Shown piece by piece: positions 24,171-35,207 of a DNA stretch of 64,000 bases. The notes beneath the pieces were generated by a model that searched no databases, was not told where the DNA came from, and was given only the letters and a program-made list of their open reading frames with translations. The DNA is from Vicugna vicugna. Taxonomy: Eukaryota. A program made the translations under genes and the position numbers. The DNA is taken from the NCBI GenBank assembly GCA_013265495.1, contig MU057887.1:135985-199984 (forward strand). The letters are read 5' to 3'. Every line of letters begins with the position of its first letter. Position 1 is the first letter of the stretch.

Positions 24171-25598
24171 GGACAAGGACATAGAAGTGAGGAGCACCTT
24201 TCCCGGCTCTGGGTCCGGGCTCAGAGTCCCCATCCCGGGACAGGGAGCGGCAGTCTGTGAGGCCAACACGGGGAATGTCCACAGCCCCACATGGGTCCTC
24301 CCCCGGCACCGCCAGACCCACGTTCCCTGCTGTATAATCGCTTCCGGATCCCCTCCCCTCTCCCTTGTGGGTGGAGTGTGGACGCAGGCGTGGACTGGGC
24401 CGTGCCTGGCTGTGTGGGTCCCAGCCAGGGACCCCGAGCTTCTGAGCACCCGCAAGGCGGCAGCATTTCCAAGAGACCTGCCCAGGGTCTTCAGGGGCTC
24501 ATGTGGGAGCCCTGCTTCGTGGCAAGTGGCCTGAGGATGTGATGACCAGTGAGGGTGGAGGGGACCTCCGGGCAGAGCCAGTGTCACGTACTGGAGTCTG
24601 TCAGCTGATGCCACCTCTTGGTTTTAAAATAAACCACTTCATTCTCCCTCCCCCTCACTTGATTCCGTTTCTCAGAGGTCAACAGCTAAAAGTTTCTCCC
24701 CTCACGTTCTTTTTTCTCCTTTATTTTCACAATCTGGAGACAGATTTGTTTCTCAGCCCTCCCCCACGCCGCTGACATTCATACGTCCAGTGGGGCTCGG
24801 CGCTGCGGCATGCTGGCCCTGGTGTGCACCTGCAGGGGCTGTGGGGGCTGGTGGTGACAGTGACTGGGAGGGGGACCGGCTGGCTCACTGAGGCGTGCCT
24901 GGACATGTCTGGTCATCCTCTCTGGGTCCGTGTGGGTCACCTGGCTGTGTCCCCCTCACCCCAGTTTCTTCTCTTCCCTGGCATCTGTGGCTTCTGATTC
25001 TCAGAGGTTCTGGGACCTGGGAGCTGAGAAGAGAACAGGCTTTGCCCTCAGGTGAGCCCAGGTGTCCCTGTGGCCACTGACTAGCCATGTGACCTTGGGC
25101 AAGTCTCCTGGACCTTCTGGGCCTCAGTTTCCTCCTGTGTAAAATAGGCTTGAGGTGCCCCACTTCCTGTAAGTGTTGGCTGAGATAGGGGGACAGCTCC
25201 TTCGGGGAAGCAGTCTCCTTACACCCTCTCGTCAGTCCCCTAACAACCCTTGCATGCCAGCCGGTCTGGTCTCTGTCCAACTCACCAGCCAGAGCACGGA
25301 GGTCAGAGGTCATCTGGCTGGGTGACACTGAAGGTTGGGCTCATACACACTGTGCTCAAGCCCCCACCACGAGGGGACCGCCTGAGTCCTCCAGAGTGGA
25401 AGAGGAGATGGGGGGCTGCTGCAGAGATTCTAGAAGGGGACCATAGAAGATCAGAGCCAGAGGGCCCCATCAGGGCATCGGGAGACTGAGGCCCGAAATG
25501 GGGAAGTGGCTGCCCGAGGTCGCCACCCTGGCTGGTGGCTGCCTGCGTTCTGCCCACTGCTCAGAACCCACTGTCACACCCCTTGTGTTCTCACCCAG

Positions 25599-25898
25599 GT
25601 GTCCCGGGAGAGCATTTTTAACAAAATGAACAGCTCCAACCTGGCCTGTGTCTTCGGGCTGAACTTAATCTGGCCATCCCAGGGGGCTTCTTCCCTGAGC
25701 GCCCTGGTGCCCCTGAACCTGTTCACTGAACTGCTGATCGAGTACTACGAAAAGGTCTTCCGCGGCCAGGATGCACACGGGGAGCCCGGCGCCAGCGGGG
25801 CCGCCCGAGACGGACACGCCAGAGACAGAGCTGCTGCAGGGCCCGCCAGGCCCCCCGTGCCCCCGCGTCCCCTGCCCGCGGCTGGGAGACCCCTCTAG
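25599..25898 (+). CDS. ARHGAP8: ARHGAP8 last coding exon ([25 protein letters not shown]...AAGRPL*)
   Basis: acccag|GTG, phase 0; NKMxxxNLAxVFG RhoGAP motif; stop TAG at 25896-25898. Confidence 0.95.
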   Translation: MSRESIFNKMNSSNLACVFGLNLIWPSQGASSLSALVPLNLFTELLIEYYEKVFRGQDAHGEPGASGAARDGHARDRAAAGPARPPVPPRPLPAAGRPL

Positions 25899-25962
25899 CA
25901 CTGGGAGTGTCACGGTGAAGTCTATCAGTCTGCGCACGTGCATGCGTGCTGTGTGAACTTGC

Positions 25963-25968
25963 ATTAAA
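25963..25968 (+). terminator. Candidate ARHGAP8 poly(A) signal ATTAAA
   Basis: First PAS-type hexamer after the stop, 64 nt downstream; MaLR-like repeat DNA begins soon after. Confidence 0.5.
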
Positions 25969-26799
25969 TGGCCTTCTGGTGAACCTTCTAGTAGGAATTC
26001 CGTGGTCCTGAGGGTTCAGCCCTTCACACTGTTCCTGACTGCGGGCTGAGATAAAATGACGGGTCTGTGAGGACCGCGACCCAACCTGGCTTAACTGCGG
26101 TCAGACCTTTACGGGCTGGGCCTTGTGCCAGGCATCTCCTGCTGCCGTGATGCTGTGTGACACACCGCAGATCCAGGGGCTTCAAACAGCGGCTCTTTGT
26201 CGTTGCCCACAGGTCAGCGGGGCAGTTCTGGTCCTGTTGGGATTGCTCAGTGTAGTCGGGCGAGAGGTCAGCGGGGACACTCAGGTCTCCTGCAGGCGTC
26301 ACATTTCCCTTTAGTCGGCTGATCCAGGCGCTTCGTGCAACGTGGGCCAAGGCTCAGGCACAGACACTAGTGCAGCGTCTCTCTGAGCTTACGTGGTTCA
26401 CTTGTGCTCACACACTGTTGGCCAGAGCAGGTCTCATGGCCAGGGCCAAGGTCATAGTGGAAGGGTTCTGCCACGTTAGCAAGGGGTGTGGATACGGGGA
26501 GTTGGAGAACTGGGGCAGCTGTCAGCCTGCCCGAGGGCTCCAGGACATGCTCTGGCCCTGCGATCTCAGGCTGGCTGGCCCCCAGCCTTGCAAGGTGGGC
26601 CCTGTGTTTCCAGCTTTAAATACAGTGAGGAGCGGTAGGAAGTCGTTGTTCTCCATTCCCAAAAAAGAGCCCCCAATCAGCCAGGCTTAGGTCGCGTGCC
26701 CACCCTGGACCAGCGCCGTGGCCAGGATGTGCACTGGTGGGCTGGCCTGAGCTGTGTGCCCTACACTGACCTGGCAGTGAAGGAGAGGGGTCCCCCGAT

Positions 26800-27183
26800 G
26801 TGTCATTGTGCTGGGGCCACCATAGCAAATACTGCAGACCGTGGCATAAACAGCAGGTCTTTGTGTTCTCTCCATTCTGGGGGCTGAAGTCCAAGGTCAG
26901 GGTGCTGGCGTGGTCAGGTTCCCGGTCGGGTTCCGGTGAGGGCTCTCTTCCTGGCTTGCAGGTGGCCGCTTTCTCCCCCTGTCCTCACATGGCAGAAGAG
27001 AGCACCCTCTGGGGTCTGTTCTTACAAGGAGACAGATCCTGTTGGATCAGGGCGCCACCATGCTCCTGGCCTCATTTAGTCTTGACTACTTCTGTCCAGA
27101 CTCTGTCTCCAAATACAGCCACACTAGGGGTTAGGGCTTCAATAGATGGATTTCAGAGGGACACAGCCACTCAGGCCACAACA
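26800..27183 (-). mobile_element. MaLR solo LTR (MLT1A-like)
   Basis: ttctgggggctgaagtccaaggtcagggtgctggc...ggtgagggctctcttcctggcttgcag...tctccaaatacagccacactaggggttagggcttcaa. Confidence 0.75.
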
Positions 27184-28049
27184 CCGAGTAATAACACCCT
27201 AGTGACGTGCCACCCTCCACAGAGGGTCGGCTGTGTGTCAGGCACTGCCAAGCCCCCCACTCTCTGGCTGCAGAGAGAACGGGGCTGCCAGGGAGCAGAG
27301 GACACATGTCCACTGCGGGGACACCATCAGCCAGTCCAGGACAGGGATAGGGTGTCAGTGCCCGACTGAGCTGTGACCCGGGTGTCTGCATGGACCCTTG
27401 GAGTCGCTGGGGGCTCCACTCTGGATTGGAAGGTGAAGGGGACTCATTCACCTCCTGCCTGTCCTCATCTCCACATTAACTCCACTCCTGACCTGTCGTG
27501 TGCAGTCCTCTGCTCTGCTTGTCTCCGCTTTCCTTGAGGGAGGGGACGTGTACCCAGCGAGTATCTCCCAGTGCCTGTCAGTGAATGAGTGACCCCTTGT
27601 GCTGAGGACCAGGCAGACTGAGGGCAGGAGAGCATCTGCCGGGAGTATTAATCCTACCTGAAGAAGTTTCTCCCCGTGGCGCAGGTGGGCCTATGTGTCT
27701 TCTCTGATCATCTCATTCCTGGTCTACAGATGAGGACTGGAAGGCCCAGAGAGGTGAAGGGCCTTGCTCTAAGTCACACAGCTTGTCCTCAGCAGAGCAG
27801 GGATTCAGGCCTGTGCATCCCTGTGCTGTAGGAGCCAAAGGGAGAGATGGGGCCTGAGTCTCAGCACATGTACAAGGGTGGGGGTGGTCACACTGCACAC
27901 TCCCCTCCAGCTCTGAGGACACCAGCACAGAAGCCACGAGGCCTGAGCTGGGATCAGCTCCACCAAATGTCTGATCAGGCTGAACTCCCACCTGCCTGCT
28001 TCCTATTTGAACACAGGTGAACCATCCAGTGGGGACACCAGGGTTCATC

Positions 28050-28660
28050 CGCCCCGCGTCCACAACAGCAGAACATGGAAACAAAGTAAGTGTCTGTCGA
28101 TGGATGAATGGATAAAGAAGATGTGATTACATATACAGTGGAATATCATTCAGTCCTGAAAAGTGAGGAAATCCTACCATTTTTGACAACGTGAATGGAC
28201 CTTGAAGGCATTATGCTGAGTGAAATAAGTCAGGCAGAGAAAGACAAATACCATATGATATCATTTACTATGTAGACTGAAACACACAAAACACACCAAC
28301 CTCACAGAAAAGGAGTTTTGTGGGTACCAGAGGCAGGGGGTGGGGGGAGGAGAAACTGGAGGACGCTGGTCAGAAGGTACAGACTTCAGCTCCGAGATGA
28401 ATGAGTACGAGGGATGTGCCGTACGGCGTGCCTGCAGCTGACCCTGCTGCACCATCTGCAGGGAAGCTGCCGAGCGCAGCTTCTAAGAGTTCTCATCACA
28501 AGGACATTTTTTTTTCTTTTTACTGTATCTATATTGAGATGATGGATGTTAACCTATTGTGATGAACGCTTCACAAGGTATGTAAATCAGCCCTTCATGC
28601 TCTACACCTCACACTCAGGGATGTACTTTAGCTATTTCTCAATAAAACTGGAGAAAAAAA
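28050..28660 (+). mobile_element. LINE-1 3' end (L1MA/MB-like)
   Basis: gatgaatggataaagaagatgtg...gaaggcattatgctgagtgaaataagtcag...tctcaataaaactggag followed by an A tail. Confidence 0.85.
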
Positions 28661-30327
28661 GGTTTGTCTGCTACACACTGTATTTTGGATTTTTCCTGGT
28701 TGTACTGGAACTGTCTACATCGTTGGGTTTAAAACAGGTCTTGGTCCCCCCGAGGGCCGTCCCTGCCCCTCCCTCTGTGTGGCCCACTGGGGTCACCTCC
28801 AGCGGCTGCAGTGGCCCTGAGCAGAGGGCACTGGTTTGTAGAACCCCCGGCACTCAGGCTGTCAGAGTCGCCGGCAGCCTTCCGGGCGGGATGACGTCAG
28901 AGGCCCCAGACCCTGCTTGCTCTGAGCCAGCCTCAGAGCTGTCTGGCCCCAGTCTGTGTCCTCCTAGTGCTGGGCTCCTGTCCTGTGTCCTGGGCATCTG
29001 GGGAGCCCCCAGGCTTTGCTGGTCTGAGCGGTATGGCCTACAGGCTTCTCTTCACCCACCCCCTCCCAGTGCCCTCTTCCTCACCACTCTTGCACCCCCC
29101 CACCTCTCTTCCTTGTCTGTCTTTGCCGTTCCTTCTAGCCCACCCCTCACAGCTAATCTCAGCCAGAATCATCCTCTTGTACGACTTGAAAAGTGATGAT
29201 TGTTTCATTTCTTTTCTATTCTGCTACAAAGCCTTCTTTTTTCCCCCTTTCATCCTTTTTTCTTTTTTTAAAACACAATCCTCCAGCTCCAACCAACCAC
29301 AGCCAGGCACAGGGGGCCCAGACTGGGCCTGAGTGGGCTCCCCCAAGAGGAGTTCAGTTTGGAGCCCAAGGCAAACCCGCCGTCTGTCCCCTCCCCTGGC
29401 CTCAGCCTCTGGAAAAGCGGCTTGGCACCTGCTCCCTCGCCCCCAGGAAGGTGTCTTGTACTCATACAATTCAGAGCAACCCTAAAGCGGCCTCGGAGTT
29501 CTGTTGCCAGGAAAAAAAAAAACTGAAATAAAAATGATGTCTCCCTGAAGAGCACACCACTGCGAACACCAGAATTAACAACGACATTAAATCAAATCTC
29601 ATGCATTATGCAGAGAGGTTTACAGTGCAAAGCACATTTGTGAAATAGATGTTTCAAATTTTCTGACTCCGAGTGGTGGCCCCAAGACGTTCTCCTGTGG
29701 CTGCTTTGATAACAGTCTCCCTTTCACAAACGATAATTGTGGAATCCTAGCTTGAGCACGGCGTGGCCCTGTCACCTTCCCTGGGATCAAAGCGAGAGAG
29801 CGATTACAGTGATAATGTTTTGGAAGCACACACGGCGCATATCAGCCTAAAACAGTGAAACGTGATGTAGAAGTGAGGGCTCTAGGGTGTCTCTCCTGAC
29901 AGGACGTGTGAAATAAATTGTCCAAACATTCACTTTTGCAGAAATGGCCGAGATTTTAAGTGACTCCAGAGATTAGGCAGGCTGCCCAGAACTTGTAGCC
30001 TGGCGTCCACCAGGAACGAATGGATCCTGCCCAGAACAGGAAAGTCTGTAAGCAAAGCAAGTGACTGGTCTACCCTGAAGAGAGCCAGGCTGCTGTCATC
30101 GGGGAGCCGGGACTGGGCACCCCACTTCTGGTACAGCTGAGACTCCCGGCTGTGTGACCCTAGGCAAGTCATTTTGTACATTGGGAAGAGTCCAAAGTCA
30201 GAAGACTCAGCGTGTGTCTCTGCCCCCCACCAGAGGGACGCCTGGGGTAAGTTCTCCGAGCGTTTTCTCCTTTGTAAAATGAGAACAATGCTGCCGTCCC
30301 CTGTGTGCTTTTAAGCACCTGCTTTAT

Positions 30328-30485
30328 TTTTTTTTTAATTTTTAAAATTTATTTTATTTTGTGTTGGTGGGGAGGTAATTAGGTTTTTAAAATTTATTTA
30401 TCTTTAATGGAGGTACTGGGGATTGAACCCAGGACCTTGTGCATGCTAGGCACACAGTCTACCACTGAGCTAGACCCTTCCCCCC
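30328..30485 (-). mobile_element. tRNA-derived SINE (camelid Vic-1-like) with 18-bp TSD
   Basis: Minus strand: A box tagctcagtggtag, B box ggttcaatcc, A-rich tail; tttaagcacctgctttat repeated at 30310-30327 and 30486-30503. Confidence 0.92.
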
Positions 30486-30929
30486 TTTAAGCACCTGCTT
30501 TATGCCAGGCAGTGTCAGTCTCACGAAGACAGAGGTGAGTCGGATACATTTCCTGCCTTCAAGGGGCTTGCAGAAGAGTTGGGGAGAAAATAAATAAACA
30601 CAGGAAATAAGTCTTTCTAGAGCTAAGGCTGTATGCACAGGACACAGGCAGGTGCGGGAAGGAGACAGGAGACAGAAGAGGATCCCGGGAACCTCCTAGT
30701 TTTCTGGCTTGAGCTGTGTGGGCCTCTGAGGGTAGTGTTCTCCCCTGAGATGGACTGGGTTTAAGAGGCAGAGAGAGCCTTGCTATTGGTTTGATAACAA
30801 AAAGCTTTAGTGTTTTAAGACAAATAATTGCTCAGAGGGGAAAAAATATTCAATGACAGAAAGTGCAAACAAGACAGTGAGCATTGTTCAAATTTTTACC
30901 ACCCATAGATAGCCATTGTTACTGTTTTG

Positions 30930-31420
30930 AGGAATGGGCACTTTCATATGCTGCTGGATGAGCGGTAAATTGGTTCAGTCACTTTGGAGAGCAATTTAGC
31001 AAGCTGGTAAGGTTAAGGCTGATCCAGCAATTGTAAGTCTAGGGAAAGAACCCAAGAGGTAGGTCCAGAGCGTTACTGCAGCATTGCTGGCAGAGCAGAT
31101 AATTAGATGCAGCCGGAGTGTCCAACAGTATAAGAAATGGCAGGTGAATCAAAGTTACATCCATGCGATTGCATAGTGTCCTTCAGTTCACATGATAAAC
31201 TGGGTCAGTATGTTTCAACATGGATAGATCTCCGAATACAATACTAAGAGGGAGAAAAGTTCAGAATGATCAACACAGGTACCGTCACTTGTGTAAAGGT
31301 TTAATACTCCCCAGTCCTATGTACAGCTTATGAGTTGAAAATATTACCCTTTTTGAACAATATACAGAAAGAATTTTTAAAAAGTGAATAGGAAGGAGAC
31401 ACACCAAATTCCTCATGGAG
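30930..31420 (+). mobile_element. Very old L1 (L1ME-like) 3' fragment
   Basis: gctgctggatgagcggtaaattggttcagtcactttggagagcaatttagca...caacatggatagatctc. Confidence 0.6.
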
Positions 31421-32354
31421 GAGAGGAACAAGAGTCTTTAATAGCTTCTATCTATCTAAATTTTTCCAAGTATTCTTAGTATAGCTAAGTGTTCTGCCTC
31501 CAGTATGGCTGAATGACTCTGTTGGGACTTGACTTTTCCATAGACAGCATCTAAAAACTTTAGACAAAATACAAAGGAACACAAGTAAACAAACAAACAG
31601 AAAATCAACAGTGACTTGAAGGCACTGGAGTATGAACCAGGACAGATCCCAGAGGGACATCCACACTTGGCAAAGTGAATGACGTGGGATGATCTTCCAT
31701 TATGTGGCTTTTAACCAGAGCCCTCCCAAAGTTGGCAATTCCGATAGAATGGCTATATCTCCAATAGAAAATCACAGTCTTTTTGGCTTGAAAAACAGAG
31801 GACAGAGTTTGGGACAACCACAGTCCCTAGAAGGTGGGTAGGGAATTCCAGACAGGAGAGAGCCAGACAGGGAGATCCTGCGTTTTGTGCATAAACTGCT
31901 CAAACTTTTGCCTGATCCCTGAGCCACACTTGTGCAGGACAGACACCAGCTAATGATAAAAGAACTGAACTGAAGTTTGAGCTACCAATGTACAGAGTTT
32001 GCAGTTTGAGTCCATCCAAGTTCAATGCCTGCTAAAGCAAACAAAACCCAGCACTCTTCAGAGGAATATGACAGAACCCAAGGTCTCTACAACATAATAT
32101 TCACAACATCCAGGATACAATTAAAAATTATTAATCATACGAAGAAACAAGAAAATGCAACTCACTCTAAAACAATCAGTGGAGACCAACCTTAAAGTGA
32201 TGTGGGTGTTGGAAACAGCAATCAAGGATGTTACAGTAGCTATTATACACATCTTCAAGTACATAAAGGAAAATGTGCTTAAAGTAAATGCAAAGATAGG
32301 AAATCTCAGTAAAAAATTAAAACATAGCTATTAAAAACACAGGGAAATTATTGA

Positions 32355-32440
32355 GGGGGAAGGTAATAGCTCAGTGCTTCATGAACGAGGTCCTGGGTTC
32401 TATCCCCAGTACCTCCATAGAAAATTAATTAATTATTTTT
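32355..32440 (+). mobile_element. tRNA-derived SINE (short, internally deleted copy) in L1
   Basis: gggggaaggtaatagctcagtg...gaggtcctgggttctatccccagtacctcc plus AT-rich tail. Confidence 0.8.
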
Positions 32441-34579
32441 AAAAACATGGAAATTCTATAAGAGCAAAAACAATACCTGAATTTTTTTTTAAAGAAAAGA
32501 CAAAAAAGAAACCCACTGGTTGTGGTTAGCAGAAGAATGGAGATGATAGTAAAGAGTTGGTGACCTTGAATCTACACTGATGGAAATTACTTAATCTGAA
32601 GAACAAAGAGTAAAAGCATTGGGAAAATATGAACAGAGCCTTAGAGACTTGTGACACAATATCAGAATGTCTCACCCATATTTGGAGCTCCAGAGGCAGA
32701 GAAGAGAGAAAATAGGGTACAAAAAATTTTTGAAAATTAATAGCCAAAAATATCCCCGATTTGATGAAAGACATAAATTGTCAGATTCAATAATCTCAAG
32801 AAACCCCAAGATGGATGCAAATCAAAGAAAAATACACCTAAACACACTATATAGGCTTTTGAAAGCAAAAGAGAAAGAGAAAAACTTAAAGCATCCAGAG
32901 AACAAGGAAACATTGCACACAGAAGACCAAAGATGGAAGTCAGCCGACTTAGCAGCAGAAGCTATGATGGCCAAAAGACAGTAGAACATAATCTTGTTTC
33001 AATACAATAAAGGAACAGTAAAGGGCCAAGGGAGGAGGGAAAATTCCAGAATTCTATGTCAGCCAAAAATACTCTTCAAGAATGAAGATTAAAAAAACTT
33101 TTTGTAAAAGAGAACCAAGGAATTTTTTTCCACTGGCAGATCTGGATTACAAAAAAAAAAAAAAATGCCAAAGGAATTTCTTCAAGGTAGTGGAAATGAC
33201 AACAGATTGAAACTTGGACATTTAGGAAGTAATGGAGACTATTGGAAATGATAGATATCTGGACTATATAGACCAGTACTTTCCCCTCTTAATTTAGAAG
33301 ATATAAACAGGATTGTGTGAGGAAAAAATGTATAATATTGTCTGACAGGATTTATAATATATGTAGGTGTAATGCATATGACAACTGCAGCACTAAGTAC
33401 AGCAGAAAGGGGCTTGTTTCAAGGTTTCTACCTTCTATGTTAAGTGGTACAATATTAGTACTAAGTGAACTGAAAAGGTAAGGATGCATACTGTAATCCC
33501 TAGAGCAGCTACTAAAAATAATGCAAAAAGACAGAGCCTTGAAAATAAAGTAAAAGTGACTTCTAAACAAATATTCAGAAAATTTAAGTAAGGCAAGAAA
33601 TGATAAACAGGAGGGAAAAAACCAGAGGGGGCAAAAAAATAATAAAATGGTAAACCTAAATTAAACTCCATCAATAATTATCTTCAATGTTCAGGTACTA
33701 AATGCTACAGTTAAGAGGCAGATATTGTCAAAATGGACATAAAAGCAAGACATAGCTACACACACTTTAAGTATAAAGATAGGTCGAAGGTAAAGGGATG
33801 CAAAAATATACACACACATAGTGATCATCAGAAGTCTGGGGTGTTTATATTAATAATAGATAAACTAGACTTTTAAGGCAAAGAGTATTACTAGACGTAG
33901 ACGGCCTCTTGATAATGATAAAATGGTCAGTTTATTCAGAAGACATATGTATCATAAATATGAATGCGCCTAATAACAGAACTTTCAATACATGAAGTAA
34001 AAAACCCACAACAGATTTAAATAATTTCTATAATTGTAGTTGGAGATTATAGCACCGTATCTTGGCAACTGAAAGATCAACTAGACAAAAAGTTGGTAAA
34101 AGTCATAGATAATCTGAACAACGCTACCACCACCTTGACCTAATTGACATTTGGGTGCCACACCCAACAACAGAAGAATACACATTCTTGTAAAGTGTAC
34201 ACGATACAATCACCAATATAGACCAGATTCTGGGACATAAAACAAGTCCTAGTAAATTTAAAAGAATTGAAATCATGTGAAGACTACAATGGAATCAAAT
34301 TAGTCATAAAAAAATCACATCTAGGAAAAACTCAAATATGTGAAAAAATTTGTAAAGAAAGAAAAAGGAGTGACATTTCTAAAGAATCCAGGTGTCAAAG
34401 AAGAAATCATAGCAGAAGAGAGAAAATAATTTGAACTGAACACTAGTGCAAAATATCAACATTTGGGAAACAGTCAAAGCAGTGCCTGGAGGGAAGTCTA
34501 AATGCTTATAAAATAAATAAAATTAAAAAGAACAGCCTGAAATCAATGACTAATGTTCTACCTTAAGAAACTGTATATA

Positions 34580-35207
34580 CAGGCACACCTCAGAGAGACT
34601 GCAGCCTCAGTTCCAGACCACTGCAATAAAGTGAATACCACAATAAAGCAAGTCATATGAAATTTTTGGTTTCCCAGTGCATATAAAAGTTACATTTACA
34701 CTACACTGTAGTGTATTGTGTGTAATAGCATTATGGCTAATGAAACAAGGCACATACCTTAATTAAAAAATACTTTGTTGGGGGAGAGTATAGCTCAAGT
34801 GGTAGAGTGTATGCTTAGCATGCATGAGGTCCTGGGTTCAATCCCCAGGGCCTCCTCTAAAAAGATAAACAAGTAAACCTAATTACCTCCCCCACAAAAT
34901 AAATAAAATTAAAGACATACTTTGTTGCTAAAAAGTGTTAACCATCATCTGAGCCTTCAGGGAGTGGTATTAGTAACATCAAAGATCACTGATGACAGAT
35001 CACCATAAAAATAATAATATTGAAAAAGTTTGAAATACTGTGAAAATTACCACATGTGACCCAGAGACATGAAGTGAGCAAATGTTGTTGGAAAAATGGT
35101 GCAGACAGACCTGCCCGATGAAGGATTGCCACAAACCTTCAATTTGTAAGAAACGCAATATCTGAGAAATGCAATAAAGGGAAGCATAATAAAACGAGGT
35201 CTGCCTG
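34580..35207 (-). mobile_element. Internally deleted Tigger1 derivative (Tc1/mariner; Tigger1a_Art-like)
   Basis: TIRs caggcacacctc/gaggtctgcctg; TA on both sides (34578-79, 35208-09); both ends match remembered Tigger1 termini; no transposase ORF. Confidence 0.88.
34781..34916 (+). mobile_element. tRNA-derived SINE (camelid Vic-1-like) inside the Tigger element
   Basis: A box tagctcaagtggtagag, B box ggttcaatcc; TSD core atactttgttg at 34770-34780 and 34917-34927. Confidence 0.92.

Larger units (their letters stand above)
2977..25968 (+). other. ARHGAP8: ARHGAP8 gene span, 3' part (5' exons lie upstream of the window)
   Basis: Eight GT-AG exons with matching phases splice into one ORF: BCH C-terminus, Pro-rich linker, RhoGAP domain. 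Convergent neighbour PHF21B matches known mammalian synteny. Confidence 0.96.

Noticed and set aside
30227..30243. CTCF-like CCACCAGAGGGACGC
   Set aside because: An extra base disrupts the conserved GGC part of the core; weak match.
34781..34860. tRNA-like sequences with A/B boxes (also 11203, 30400, 32355, 47692, 53429)
   Set aside because: No closed acceptor stem, and all have AT-rich tails and TSDs. They are SINEs, not tRNA genes.
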